From an uncultured Solirubrobacteraceae bacterium (lineage in GTDB: Bacteria; Actinomycetota; Thermoleophilia; Solirubrobacterales; Solirubrobacteraceae), in contig CAVXZC010000012.1 in assembly GCA_963766165.1 (NCBI GenBank), positions 594,607 through 658,606 on the forward strand: DNA of 64,000 bases, read 5' to 3'. The translations under genes were made by a program, and so were the position numbers. This document shows positions 18,893 to 28,077 of this stretch, one piece after another. Position 1 is the stretch's first letter. Each line of letters opens with the position of its first letter. The notes under the pieces are model-generated. The model was not told the origin of the DNA. It saw only the letters and a program-made list of their open reading frames with translations, and ran no database searches.

Positions 18893-20628
18893 CGGGCGCG
18901 CTTGCGCAGTGCCGCGAACTCCGCCCACGGGCGGGTGTTGGCCACCTGCTCCGGGGTCAGCCAGGCGCGCCGCGCGGTGGCGATGCCGTAGCGCAGCAGG
19001 TCGAAGTTGCGGGCGCGAGTGGGCGTCGGAGTCGACCAGCACCAGCACGCCCGCCTCGGCGGCCGCGCGGGCGTGGACCTCGTTCATGTCGCGGCGGTCG
19101 GGCGCGGCGTTGATCTCGATCATCGTGCCCGTGCGCGCGGCCGCGGCGATCACCTGCGTGCATGTCGAGCGCGTATGGCGGGCGCGTCTCGATCTTGCGG
19201 CCGGTCGGATGGCCGATGGCGTCGACCAGCGGGTGCTCGATCGCGGCGACCATGCGGTCGGTCATCGCGGCCTCGGACATGGCGAACGACGTGTGGACCG
19301 AGGCGATCACCCAGTCCAGGCGGGCCAGCAGCTCGTCCGGGTAGTCGAGCGAGCCGTCGGGCAGGATGTTGACCTCGCTGCCGGCCAGCACGGCTGAGCC
19401 CGTCGAGCGCGGTCGTTGAGCGCGGCGATCTCGTCGATCCGCGCCTCCAGCGCCTCCGGCGTGACGTGGTTGCCGAAGCCGTGCGACGCGGAGTGGTCGG
19501 TGATCGCCAGGTACTCCCAGCCGCGGGCGAGCGCCGCCTCGGCCATCTGCTCGAGCGTCTGGCGCCCGTCCGACAGCGTCGTGTGGCAGTGCAGGTCGCC
19601 GCGCAGGTCCTCAGCGTCGACCAGCCGCGGCAGCGTGCCCTTCGGCCGCCGCCTCCAGCTCCCCGCGGCCCTCGCGCAGCTCGGGCGGGATCCACGGCAG
19701 CCCGAGCCGCGCGTAGACCTCCTCCTCGGTGGCGCAGCGCGTCGTCTCGCCCGTCGCGTCGTCGAGGATGCCGTACTCGGAGACGTGCAGCCCGCGGCGC
19801 ACCGCCGCCTCGCGCAGCTGCACGTTGTGCGCCTTGGCGCCGGTGAAGTGCTGCAGCACGTTGCCGAACTGGTCGGGCGCGACGACGCGCAGGTCGACCT
19901 TCATGCCCGAGTGCGTGACCACGCGCGCGCCCGCCTCGCCGCTGACTGCACGGACTCGCACCAGCGGCAGCTCGGCCAGCGTCGAGGTCAGCGCCAGCGG
20001 GTCGGACGCGGTGGCGATGATGTCGATGTCCTTCGCCGAGTCGGCCAGGCGGCGCAGCGAGCCGGCGATCTCCACCCGGTCGGACGCCGGGTGGTCGCGC
20101 AGCGCGCCGGCGATCTGCTCGGCCACCGGCAGCGCGCGCGAGAGCAGGATCCGCGGCGCGGGGCCGCCGCCGTCCTCCTGCTCGGCCAGCACGCGCAGCA
20201 GGTTCTCCTCCACCCGCGCGCCGAGCCCGCGGATCTTGCGGATCTCGCCGGCCTCGGCCTTCTCGCGCAGCGACTCCAGCGAGTCGACGCCCAGCTCGTC
20301 GTAGAGCAGCCGCGCCCGCTTGGGCCCGAAGCCGGGCAGGTGCATGACGGCGATCAGCCCGGCCGGGAACTTCGCCCGCAGCTTCTGCGGCGGCGGGGAT
20401 GTCGCCCGTCTCGTCCAGCGCCCGCAGCTTCTCCTCGAGCGTCTTGCCGATGCCCGGCAGCGAGGTCACCTTGCCCTCGCGGGTGAGGCCCATGACCGAC
20501 ACCGAGGCGTCGCGGACGGTCTTGGCCGCGGTGCGGTAGGCGATCACGCGGTAGGACACCGCGCCGTCGAGCTCGTAGAGGTCGCCGAGCTCGTCGAAGG
20601 CGGCGGCGATCTCGGCGTTCGTCTTCAT
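18889..20628 (-). pseudogene. polX: DNA polymerase X family protein with C-terminal PHP domain; at least 4 apparent frameshifts
   Basis: N-terminus MKTNAEIAAAFDELGDLYEL (HhH), middle GLGARVEEN...DIDII (pol beta-like), PHP blocks (ITDHS, HTSFAM, IEINA) spread over five track ORFs in different frames. Confidence 0.75.
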
Positions 20629-20655
20629 GGCATCCCGTTAACCTACGCGGCCTCC

Positions 20656-21340
20656 ATGGCCGGCTCCGTCTGGGTGATCCTGCCGACCTACGACGAGGCC
20701 GAGAACCTGGAGCCGGTCGTGGGCGGCGTGCGCGCGGCGCTGCCCGCGGCGCGCGATGCTCGTGGTGGACGACGACTCGCGCGACGGCACGGCGCAGCTC
20801 GCCGACGCGCTGGCGCGCGCCGACGCCGCCGTCGCGGTCCTGCACCGGCCGGGCAAGGCCGGGCTCGGCCGGGCCTACATGGCCGGCTTCGCCGCCGCGC
20901 TGGCCGGCGGGGCGGACTTCGTGGTCGAGATGGACGCCGACCTCTCGCACGACCCGGCCGACCTGCCGCGGCTCGTGGCGGCCGCGCGAGGCCGGCGCCG
21001 ACCTCGTGCTCGGCTCGCGCTACGTGCCCGGCGGCGGCGTCGAGAACTGGGGACTCGAGCGGCGCGTGCTCTCGCGCTTCGGCTGCGCGCTACGCCCGGA
21101 GCGTGCTCGGCGTGCGGGTGCGCGACCTGACCGGCGGCTTCAAGTGCTTCCGCGCCGACCGCGCTGCAGGCGATCGACTACCCGAGCGCGGGCGCGCAGG
21201 GCTACGTCGTTCCAGATCGAGCTGACCTGGCGCGGCGCTGCGCGCGGGACTGACCGTGGTCGAGCTGCCGATCACGTTCCGCGAGCGCCGGCTCGGGCGC
21301 TCGAAGATGTCCGCGCGGATCGCGCCGCGAGGCGGTCTGG
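20656..21340 (+). pseudogene. Glycosyltransferase family 2 (Dpm1/polyprenol-phosphate mannosyltransferase-like); at least 2 frameshifts
   Basis: VILPTYDEAENLE, DDDSRDGT, EMDADLSHDP and GSRYVPGGG blocks in three different frames. Confidence 0.65.
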
Positions 21341-21416
21341 CGCGTTCCGGCCCTGCGGTTCGGGCCGCGGCGGTGGCGGGGGCTCGTGCCCGAGGCCCCG
21401 GCTGCCGATGCAGTAC

Positions 21417-22123
21417 CCAATGAAGGCTGATCGGACTCGCTGTCGTACAGGGCTGGCCGCAGACCGCGCGCGACGCTGCGCCGCTGGACGCCGCGCCCCC
21501 GGGTCGCGCGCCGCGGAATGGGCGCTCGGATCGCTCGTGGTCGCCGTGGCGCTGCTCGCCGCCACCTGGTACGTGGCCGTCCTCAGCCGGCCCGACCCGA
21601 CGCCGTATGCCTTCCCCGGGCTGACCCGGCCCGCACACGTCGGCGACTTCCTCTTCGTCCTCTACCGCAACGGCCTCGTGCTGGCGCTGCACGCGCATGG
21701 CCTGCGTCGCCGGCTTCATCGCCGGCTCGCCGCGCTACCTGGATCCGGGCCGCGGGCTGAGCGCGCGCATGCACGCGCAACGCCGGCCGCGGCGCGATCG
21801 CCTTCGTGGCCGCCGCGACGCTGTTCTCGCTGTCCACGCAGGCCTCGCGCTCGGCATGCGGCGCCGCGCGACCTCTCGGCGGAGCTCGGCGTGTCCCCGC
21901 TCGTGCTGCTGGCGACGCTGACGCCGCACGCGCTGCCCGAGCTGTTCGCGCTCTTCCTGCCGCTGGCGGCGTGGCTGCTGGCCGGCCGCCGCGGGGCGTG
22001 GGACGAGCTGCTGGCCGCCACGCTCGCCACGACGGCGTGCGCGGTGCCGCTCGCTGATCGGCGCGGCGGCGATCGAGACCTGGGTGACACCGGGCCTGCT
22101 GCGCGGTCTGGCCGGGTAGTCTC
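21417..22123 (+). pseudogene. SpoIIM/DUF95-like integral membrane protein, frameshifted
   Basis: Hydrophobic segments LGSLVVAVALLAATWYV, GDFLFVLYRNGLVLALHA, AIAFVAAATLFSL, LVLLATLTPHALPELFALFLPLAAWLL in at least 3 frames. Confidence 0.5.
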
Positions 22124-22186
22124 CGCCCTGGGCCGCGCCCAGCCGGTCGCTATACTTTCTGAAGCGACCCGACCCGAGAGGACACC

Positions 22187-22513
22187 ATGGCAGGCACCAT
22201 CACCGACGTCAGCGACAGCAACTTCCAGGCCGAGGTGCTCGAGAACGGACACCGCGGTGCTGGTGGACTTCTGGGCCCCGTGGTGCGGCCCGTGCCGCGT
22301 GGTCGCCCCCGCGCTCGAGGAGATCAACTCGCGAGCGCGAGGACCTGCGCGTCGTGAAGCTGAACATCGACGACAACAGCAGACCGCCGCGCAGTACCAG
22401 GTGCTGGCGATCCCGACGATGATCCTGTTCCGCAACGGCCAGGAGGCAAGCGCATCCAGGGCGCGATGCCGAAGAACCGGATCGTGCAGCAGCTCGAGCC
22501 GGCGCTCGCCTAG
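22187..22513 (+). pseudogene. trxA: Thioredoxin with apparent frameshifts
   Basis: MAGTITDVSDSNFQAEVLENG ... VDFWAPWCGPCR ... YQVLAIPTMILFRNGQE ... QQLEPALA in different frames. TATACT -10 box and GAGAGGA ribosome-binding site upstream. Confidence 0.7.
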
Positions 22514-23160
22514 AGGCGAGCCGCCAGCCACGCCTGCGCCGGCGCGATGTGCGCCGGGTCGATCTGGTGCGCGGCGTCGGACTCGTGGTACTCCACGGTC
22601 GAGGCCGCCGCGCTCCAGCTGCTCGCGCGCGGTGCGGGCGAACTGCGACGTCGATCACCGGGTCGCGGCGGCCGTGCGCGATGAACGCCGGGAGGCCCTG
22701 CGCGGTCGGTCAGCGACGGCCGCCAGCCGCCACGGTCGGGATGAAGCCGGAGAAGGCAGGATGCCCCGCCGGCGCCGGCCGGTCGGCGCCGAGGCCGAGC
22801 GCGTAGCTCATCACCGAGCCCATCGAGAAGCCGCCGAGCACGGTCCGCTCCGGGCCGATGCCCGTGCGCTCCCACAGCTCGTCGTGGAAGTCCGCCAGCG
22901 CGGACGAAGGCCGCGGCGAACGTGTCGGGGTCGGGGTAGCCGACGCGCGGCACCACGTACCAGTGGTGGCCCGGCCAGCCGGGCAGCGATCAGCGGCGCC
23001 GCGCGGCGTGACGACGTGCAGCCGGCGCGTCGGGGTCGAGCACGTCGGCGAGGCCGAGCAGGTCGTGCTCGTCGGCGCCGCGGCCGTGATGGAGGACGAG
23101 CAGGCCCTCGGCCTCGCCGGCCGCGGGACGCTCGCGGTAGGTCGAGCGCGCTCATCCGCG
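22510..23160 (-). pseudogene. Phospholipase/carboxylesterase-family alpha/beta hydrolase (MhqD-like), frameshifted; boundary with next gene approximate
   Basis: GGFSMGSVMSYALGLG nucleophile elbow, LHVVTPRG, C-terminus EYHESDAAHQIDPAHIAPAQAWLAARL. Confidence 0.55.
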
Positions 23161-23169
23161 TCCGCGGCG

Positions 23170-24082
23170 CGCGGGTTCTCGACGGGCGTCAGCGGCGCCT
23201 CGAGCTGCGGCGCGCAGGTGCTCGTGCTGCGCGCGGCAGGCGCAGCGACTCGCCGAGGTGCTCGGGGTCCTCGTCGACGGCGAAGCCCGGCGTGAAGCGT
23301 GGCGATCTCGAACAGCACGCCGCTGCGGCTCGCGGAAGTAGATCGACTTGAAGTAGTCGCGGTCGCGGACGTCGGTGACCGCGCCGCCGAGCTCGCCGGA
23401 TGCGCGCCTGCCAGGCGAGGTGGTCCGCGTCGGGCGACGCCCAGGCGATGTGGTGCACGCGTGCCCGCGCCCTGCGCGGCCGCGGCCGGCCGGCGGCGCG
23501 TCGTAGCCCCAGTGGAACCTGCGGTCCGGCCCGTCGAGCAGGTACTCGCCGCCGCCCAGGTGCGTGAAGCCGAGCAGGTCGGTGAGCAGCGCGCGTCGCG
23601 GACGCCGGCGAAGGCGGCGTAGGCGCGGGCGCCCTCGACGCCGGCGATCGCGTGCTCGGCCGGGATCTCCGGGTGCTGCGGCCCGCAGCGGCGGGTTGCC
23701 GTCGGCGCGACGACGAGCTCGAGCGCCAGGCCGTCGTAGTCGGCGAAGCGCAGGACGCCGTCGCCGCGCGCGGGCTCGCTGGTCGCGCCAGGCGCTGGGC
23801 CCAGAAGTCCAGCGCGCGCCTCGGAGGGCACGCCGAGCTGGAGCGTGTGGATCATCCCGGCGCCGGCGCGGCCGCGGGCCGCGCCGGGGAACTCGAACCA
23901 GGTCAGGATCGAGCCGGGCGTGCCGGGCTCGTCGCCGAAGTAGAGGTGGTAGGCCGTCGGGCTGGTCGAAGTTGACCGTCTTCTTGACCAGCCGCAGGCC
24001 GAGGAGATCGGCGTAGAAGTCGAGCGTTGGCCTGCGCGTCGCCCGTGATCATCGTGATGTGGTGGAGGCCCGTGAAGTTCAT
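23170..24082 (-). pseudogene. VOC-family ring-cleaving dioxygenase (MhqO-like), frameshifted
   Basis: MNFTGLHHITMITGDAQANA ... GMIHTLQLGVPSEA ... LRFADYDGLALELVV ... HHIAWASPDADH in several frames. Confidence 0.55.
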
Positions 24083-24143
24083 GCCGTCACTGTAGCGCGA
24101 TCTGATTGCACATGCAACTACATCTGGCTGCCAGGCTTGTCCG

Positions 24144-24611
24144 GTGCGCATGGGCCGGGTCCTCGCTCTCGTGGCCGCCGGCCTGGCGGTGTGCATCGGC
24201 GGCCTGCTCCTCGCCGTCTACCTGTCGCGCGACGAGGACAACGTGCAGTCGGACAACCTGCTCTCGGAGGCGTTGACGCGCCAGGTGACGATCTCGCAGG
24301 ACCCGGCGAACGGGCTGCACGGAGTCGTGCGGCTGGCCGACGTCGCCCCGTTCGCCTGGGACCGGGTCCTGCTGGTCGCGCCGGGTACGCCGCGCGGCGC
24401 CATCACGCGCCGGCTCGGCCGGACGTGGACCGGGATCGACACGATCGACGGCGGCGCCGAGCTGATCTTCCTGCGCGGCGGCGAGGTGGTCCGCCTCGCC
24501 GACTACCGCGGCAACGGGCGCTTCGCCGGCTTCCCGCGGCCGTTCGCCGAGCTGCCGCGCTCGCGCGCCGTGTTCGTGGTGCGCGACCTGGTGATCCGAC
24601 CGCGCCGTTAA
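24144..24611 (+). CDS. Hypothetical membrane-anchored protein (155 aa)
   Basis: N-terminal TM segment VLALVAAGLAVCIGGLLLAVYL; good GC3 bias; single frame. Confidence 0.55.
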   Translation: MRMGRVLALVAAGLAVCIGGLLLAVYLSRDEDNVQSDNLLSEALTRQVTISQDPANGLHGVVRLADVAPFAWDRVLLVAPGTPRGAITRRLGRTWTGIDTIDGGAELIFLRGGEVVRLADYRGNGRFAGFPRPFAELPRSRAVFVVRDLVIRPRR

Positions 24612-24988
24612 CGGTTGCGGCGACGGGCCTGGCGCTGGGCGCGGGTCTTGGCGCGCGCCTTGGCCTTCGCCTGCAGCTTGTGCTTGTGCGGGCCCTGGTC
24701 GCGCGCGCGGCCGACCGAGTCGAGCTCGCCCTCCGGCAGCCCGCGGCGGGCGTCGCGGGCGATGAACCAGCCCATGATCGCGAAGCCGACCACGAGGACG
24801 CCGCCGATCAGGAAGAGCGAGTTGCGGCCGGTCGAGGAGTCGCTCGACGGCGTGGCCGTCGGCGTGGCCACGGCGGTGACGGTCGGCGCCGGCTGCGGCA
24901 GCGGGCCGAACGGGCTCTGCTGCGCCGCCGCGGCCGGAGCCAGGGCGAGCGCGAAGACGGTGGCGATGAGGGCGACGCGACGCGACAT
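24608..24988 (-). CDS. Small secreted/membrane protein with basic C-terminal tail (126 aa)
   Basis: MSRRVALIATVFALALAPAAAA signal-like N-terminus, TM LFLIGGVLVVGFAIMGWFIA, then K/R-rich tail. Confidence 0.5.
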   Translation of the reverse strand: MSRRVALIATVFALALAPAAAAQQSPFGPLPQPAPTVTAVATPTATPSSDSSTGRNSLFLIGGVLVVGFAIMGWFIARDARRGLPEGELDSVGRARDQGPHKHKLQAKAKARAKTRAQRQARRRNR

Positions 24989-25005
24989 GGGCCGCCACAG
25001 GGTAG

Positions 25006-26307
25006 TCACGCCGGCGCCCCGGTCAACGCCCAGCGTGAGCCGGCGAACCGCGCGGCGCAGACCACGAGGCGCACGGCGATCAGCGCCAGCAGCCCCCACC
25101 ACACGCCGACGATCCCCCAGCCCTGGTGCAGGGAGAGCAGCGCGATCGGGACGTAGACGGCGGCGGCGGCGAGCATCCCCCACATCAGATAGCGAGTGTC
25201 GCCCGCGCCGATGAGAATCCCGTCGAGCGCGAACACCGCGCCGTTGGCCGGCATCATCACGGCGAACAGCGGCCAGATCTCGTGCGCGCGGCGCGACGAC
25301 CGCCTCGTCGCCGGTGAACAGCCGCGGGACGGCGTCGCCCAGCGCGAGCAGCACGAGCGCGAACAGCGTGCCGATGGCGACGCTCCAGCCGATCATCCGC
25401 ACGGCGGCGGCCCGCGCCCCGGACGCGTCGCCGGCGCCGAGCATCCGCCCGACCATCACCTGGCCGGCCACGGCGATCGCATCGAGGATCAGCGCCAGGA
25501 AGACCCAGAGCTGGAACGCCACCTGGTGGGCGCCGAGGCTGGCCGCGCCCGACGCGGGCGAGCACCGCGGAGGCGACGAGGAACGAGCCGGTCAGCGCGG
25601 TCGTGCGGACGGCGATCTCCGAGCCGATCCGGGCCAGCGGGCGCATCTTCGCCGGGTGCGGGCGCTCGAAGCCGGCCCGCCGCTGGACGGCCACGAAGCC
25701 CAGCGCCATCCCGGCCTGGGCGATCACGGTGCCCCAGGCCGAGCCGGCCAGCCCCCAGTGGAAGCCGTACACGAACACCAGCTCGAGCGCCACGTTGGCC
25801 GTGTGGGCGCAGACGAGGATGACCAGCGGCGTCCTGAGGTCGGAGATCCCGCGCAGGAAGCCCTGGCCGGCGCCGGCGAGCATGAACAGCGGCGCGCCGA
25901 GGGCGGCGATCCGCAGGTAGACGATCGCGCCGTCGTAGACCTCGCCGGTCCCGCCCATCAGCGTGACCAGCGGTCCGGCCAGCGAGCTCGATCAGCGCCA
26001 GCAGGACGACGCCGATGCCCAGCGCCAGCCACAGCGCCTGCGAGCCGAGCGCCGCGGCCGCCTCGTCGTGACCGGCCCCGTGCAGGCGGGCCACCTGGGC
26101 GGTGGTGCCGTAGGTGAGGAAGTTGAAGATCGTGAACGCCGTCGACATCACCGTGGCGGCGATGGCCAGCGAGGCGAGCTGCGTCGTGCCGAGATGGCCG
26201 ACGATCGCCGTGTCGACGAGCACGTACAGCGGCTCGGCGGCCAGCGCACCCAGCGCCGGCACGGCGAGCACGAGGATCCGGCGGTCGTAGGGCGAGCGCA
26301 GCCGCAC
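25006..26307 (-). pseudogene. MATE-family efflux transporter (DinF-like); at least 3 frameshifts
   Basis: N-terminal MRLRSPYDRRILVLAVPALGALAAEPLYVLVDTAIVGHLG, middle and C-terminal TM blocks in track ORFs 25489..26307, 25257..25958, 24608..25522 and 25006..25260. Confidence 0.7.
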
Positions 26308-26441
26308 GCCCTACGACGCTAGCGATTCCGCGGGCAGGTACGTGCGTCGTCCAGGGGGTCGCGGGCGCCGCCTGGCAAGGACGCAGACCCGCAGGAATCC
26401 CTCCGGGATTTCAAGTGGTCGAGGACACAGCCAGGCGGTGA

Positions 26442-26915
26442 TCAGCGGCCGCTTGGCGGCGTGCGTACCTGCCCGTGGGGCCGCAGGCGCCGGGACGCTT
26501 CGACCATGGCCGAATAGCCCGTGCAGCGGCACAGGTTCCCGGCGAGCGCCTCGCGGATCTCGCGCTCCGTCGGCTCGGGGTGCTCGCGCAGGTAGGCGTC
26601 GAGCGTCATCAGGATGCCGGCGGTGCAGAACCCGCACTGCAGCGCGTGGTGCTCGTGGAACGCCGCCTGCAGCGGGTGGTCGCCCAGGCCCTCGATGGTC
26701 CGCACCGCTCGGCCGTGCGCCTGGATCGCCAGCGTGAGGCACGCGCGGACGGGCTCGCCGTCGAGCTGGACGGTGCACGCGCCGCAGACGCCGTGCTCGC
26801 AGCCCACCTTCGTCCCGGTCAGCCCGGCGTCATGGCGGATGAAGTCGCTCAGCAGCGTGCGCGGCTCGACCTCGCCGGCGTGCGGCGCGCCGTTGAGGTG
26901 CACGGTGATCCTCAT
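26442..26915 (-). CDS. Molybdenum hydroxylase small subunit, (2Fe-2S)-binding (CoxS/XdhC-type)
   Basis: MRITVHLNG...CEHGVCGACTV...QCGFCTAGILMT...CRCTGY. ATGA overlap with upstream gene. Confidence 0.9.
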   Translation of the reverse strand: MRITVHLNGAPHAGEVEPRTLLSDFIRHDAGLTGTKVGCEHGVCGACTVQLDGEPVRACLTLAIQAHGRAVRTIEGLGDHPLQAAFHEHHALQCGFCTAGILMTLDAYLREHPEPTEREIREALAGNLCRCTGYSAMVEASRRLRPHGQVRTPPSGR

Positions 26916-27655
26916 GCTGGGAGCGCCGCTTGCGCCAGCGCTCTGACGAGCGCCCCCGCGTGGTCGCCGGTCGCGGCGCGGGCGAGCGCCTCGTCGAGCG
27001 TCGCGGCGCTGATCACGCGCGGCCCGAGCGTGGCCAGCGTCGTCCGGTCGGGCGCCTGGACGACGGCGACCGCCGCGTCGGCGAACGCGCCGTGCGTGCG
27101 GGCCAGCTCGGCGAACCCGGTGCGCACCCCCGGTGGCAGCGGCGCGACCTCGATCGAGTGCAGGAGCTCGCCGTCGGCGATCGCCGTCATCGGCGGCCCC
27201 TCGAACAGCTCCGCTGCGGTCAGGGTGCGCGTGCCGGCCCGCGACCGGAGGCGGAAGCGCGCGCCGAGGGCGGCCAGGGCGACGGGCAGCTCGGCCCGGG
27301 GGTCCGCATGCGCGACCGACCCGCACACCGTCCCGCGCGACCGGGTCGCCGCGTGCCCCACGTGGCGCACGGCCTGGGCCAGCAGCGGCCAGTGCCGCGC
27401 CACGAGCGGCGAGCGCTCCAGCGCCGCCTGGCGCACCGTCGCGCCGATCTGCAGCCCGCCGCCGACGCGCCGCAGGAGCCCGAGCTCGGCGATCCCGTTG
27501 ATGTCGACCAGCCGCGCCGGCCGCGCGAGCCGGAAGTTGAGCAGCGGCACGAGGCTCTGCCCTCCGGCGAGCACGCGCGAATCCGGCACGGCGAGCAGCT
27601 CGAGCGCCTCGCCCAGCGTCGCGGGCGCGAAGTACGCGAACGGCGCCGGCTTCAC
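26912..27655 (-). CDS. Molybdenum hydroxylase FAD-binding medium subunit (CoxM-type)
   Basis: VKPAPFAYFAPATLGEALELLA...AGGQSLVPLLNFRLA. GTG start with GTGA overlap. Confidence 0.85.
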   Translation of the reverse strand: MKPAPFAYFAPATLGEALELLAVPDSRVLAGGQSLVPLLNFRLARPARLVDINGIAELGLLRRVGGGLQIGATVRQAALERSPLVARHWPLLAQAVRHVGHAATRSRGTVCGSVAHADPRAELPVALAALGARFRLRSRAGTRTLTAAELFEGPPMTAIADGELLHSIEVAPLPPGVRTGFAELARTHGAFADAAVAVVQAPDRTTLATLGPRVISAATLDEALARAATGDHAGALVRALAQAALPA

Positions 27656-28077
27656 CGCCGCCCCCGCAGGGCCAGCCCGACGAGCGCGGCCGCGCCGGCG
27701 GCGGCGAGCGCCCGCTTGGCCGGCGCGGAGAGGCCGCGCGCCGCGGGCGCGGGCGCGGGAGGAGCGACCGGCGCGGCCATCGCAGGCGCGGCGGCGCCGG
27801 CCACCGCCGCGAGCAGCGCTCCCGCTGCGACGTCGCCGAACACCTCGGCGGCCAGCGCCACCTCCGTGCCCGCTCCGGCCGGTGACAGCGCGGCGGTGAC
27901 CGTGGCCGTGGCCGGCGACGCGCCGCGCACGCCCTGCAGGCGGAAGCGGGCGACGCGCTCGTCGTCGTCGACCTCCTCCAGCACGGCGGTGCCGGTGTAG
28001 CCGGCGAGCGCGCCGCGCAGCGAGGGGTGGGCGAGCAGTGTGCGCCACACGTCGTCGACCCCGGCGGCCACCCTCAT
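27652..28077 (-). CDS. SRPBCC/CoxG-like protein
   Basis: 141-aa C-terminal part of track ORF 27652..29352 (MRVAAGVDDVWRTLLAHPSL...). ATGA overlap with the large-subunit stop. Confidence 0.7.
   Translation of the reverse strand: MRVAAGVDDVWRTLLAHPSLRGALAGYTGTAVLEEVDDDERVARFRLQGVRGASPATATVTAALSPAGAGTEVALAAEVFGDVAAGALLAAVAGAAAPAMAAPVAPPAPAPAARGLSAPAKRALAAAGAAALVGLALRGRR

Noticed and set aside
21006-23351. 781-aa plus-strand ORF
   Set aside because: Composite read-through frame stitching fragments of GT2, the SpoIIM-like gene and thioredoxin with antisense of the esterase/dioxygenase genes; not a single protein
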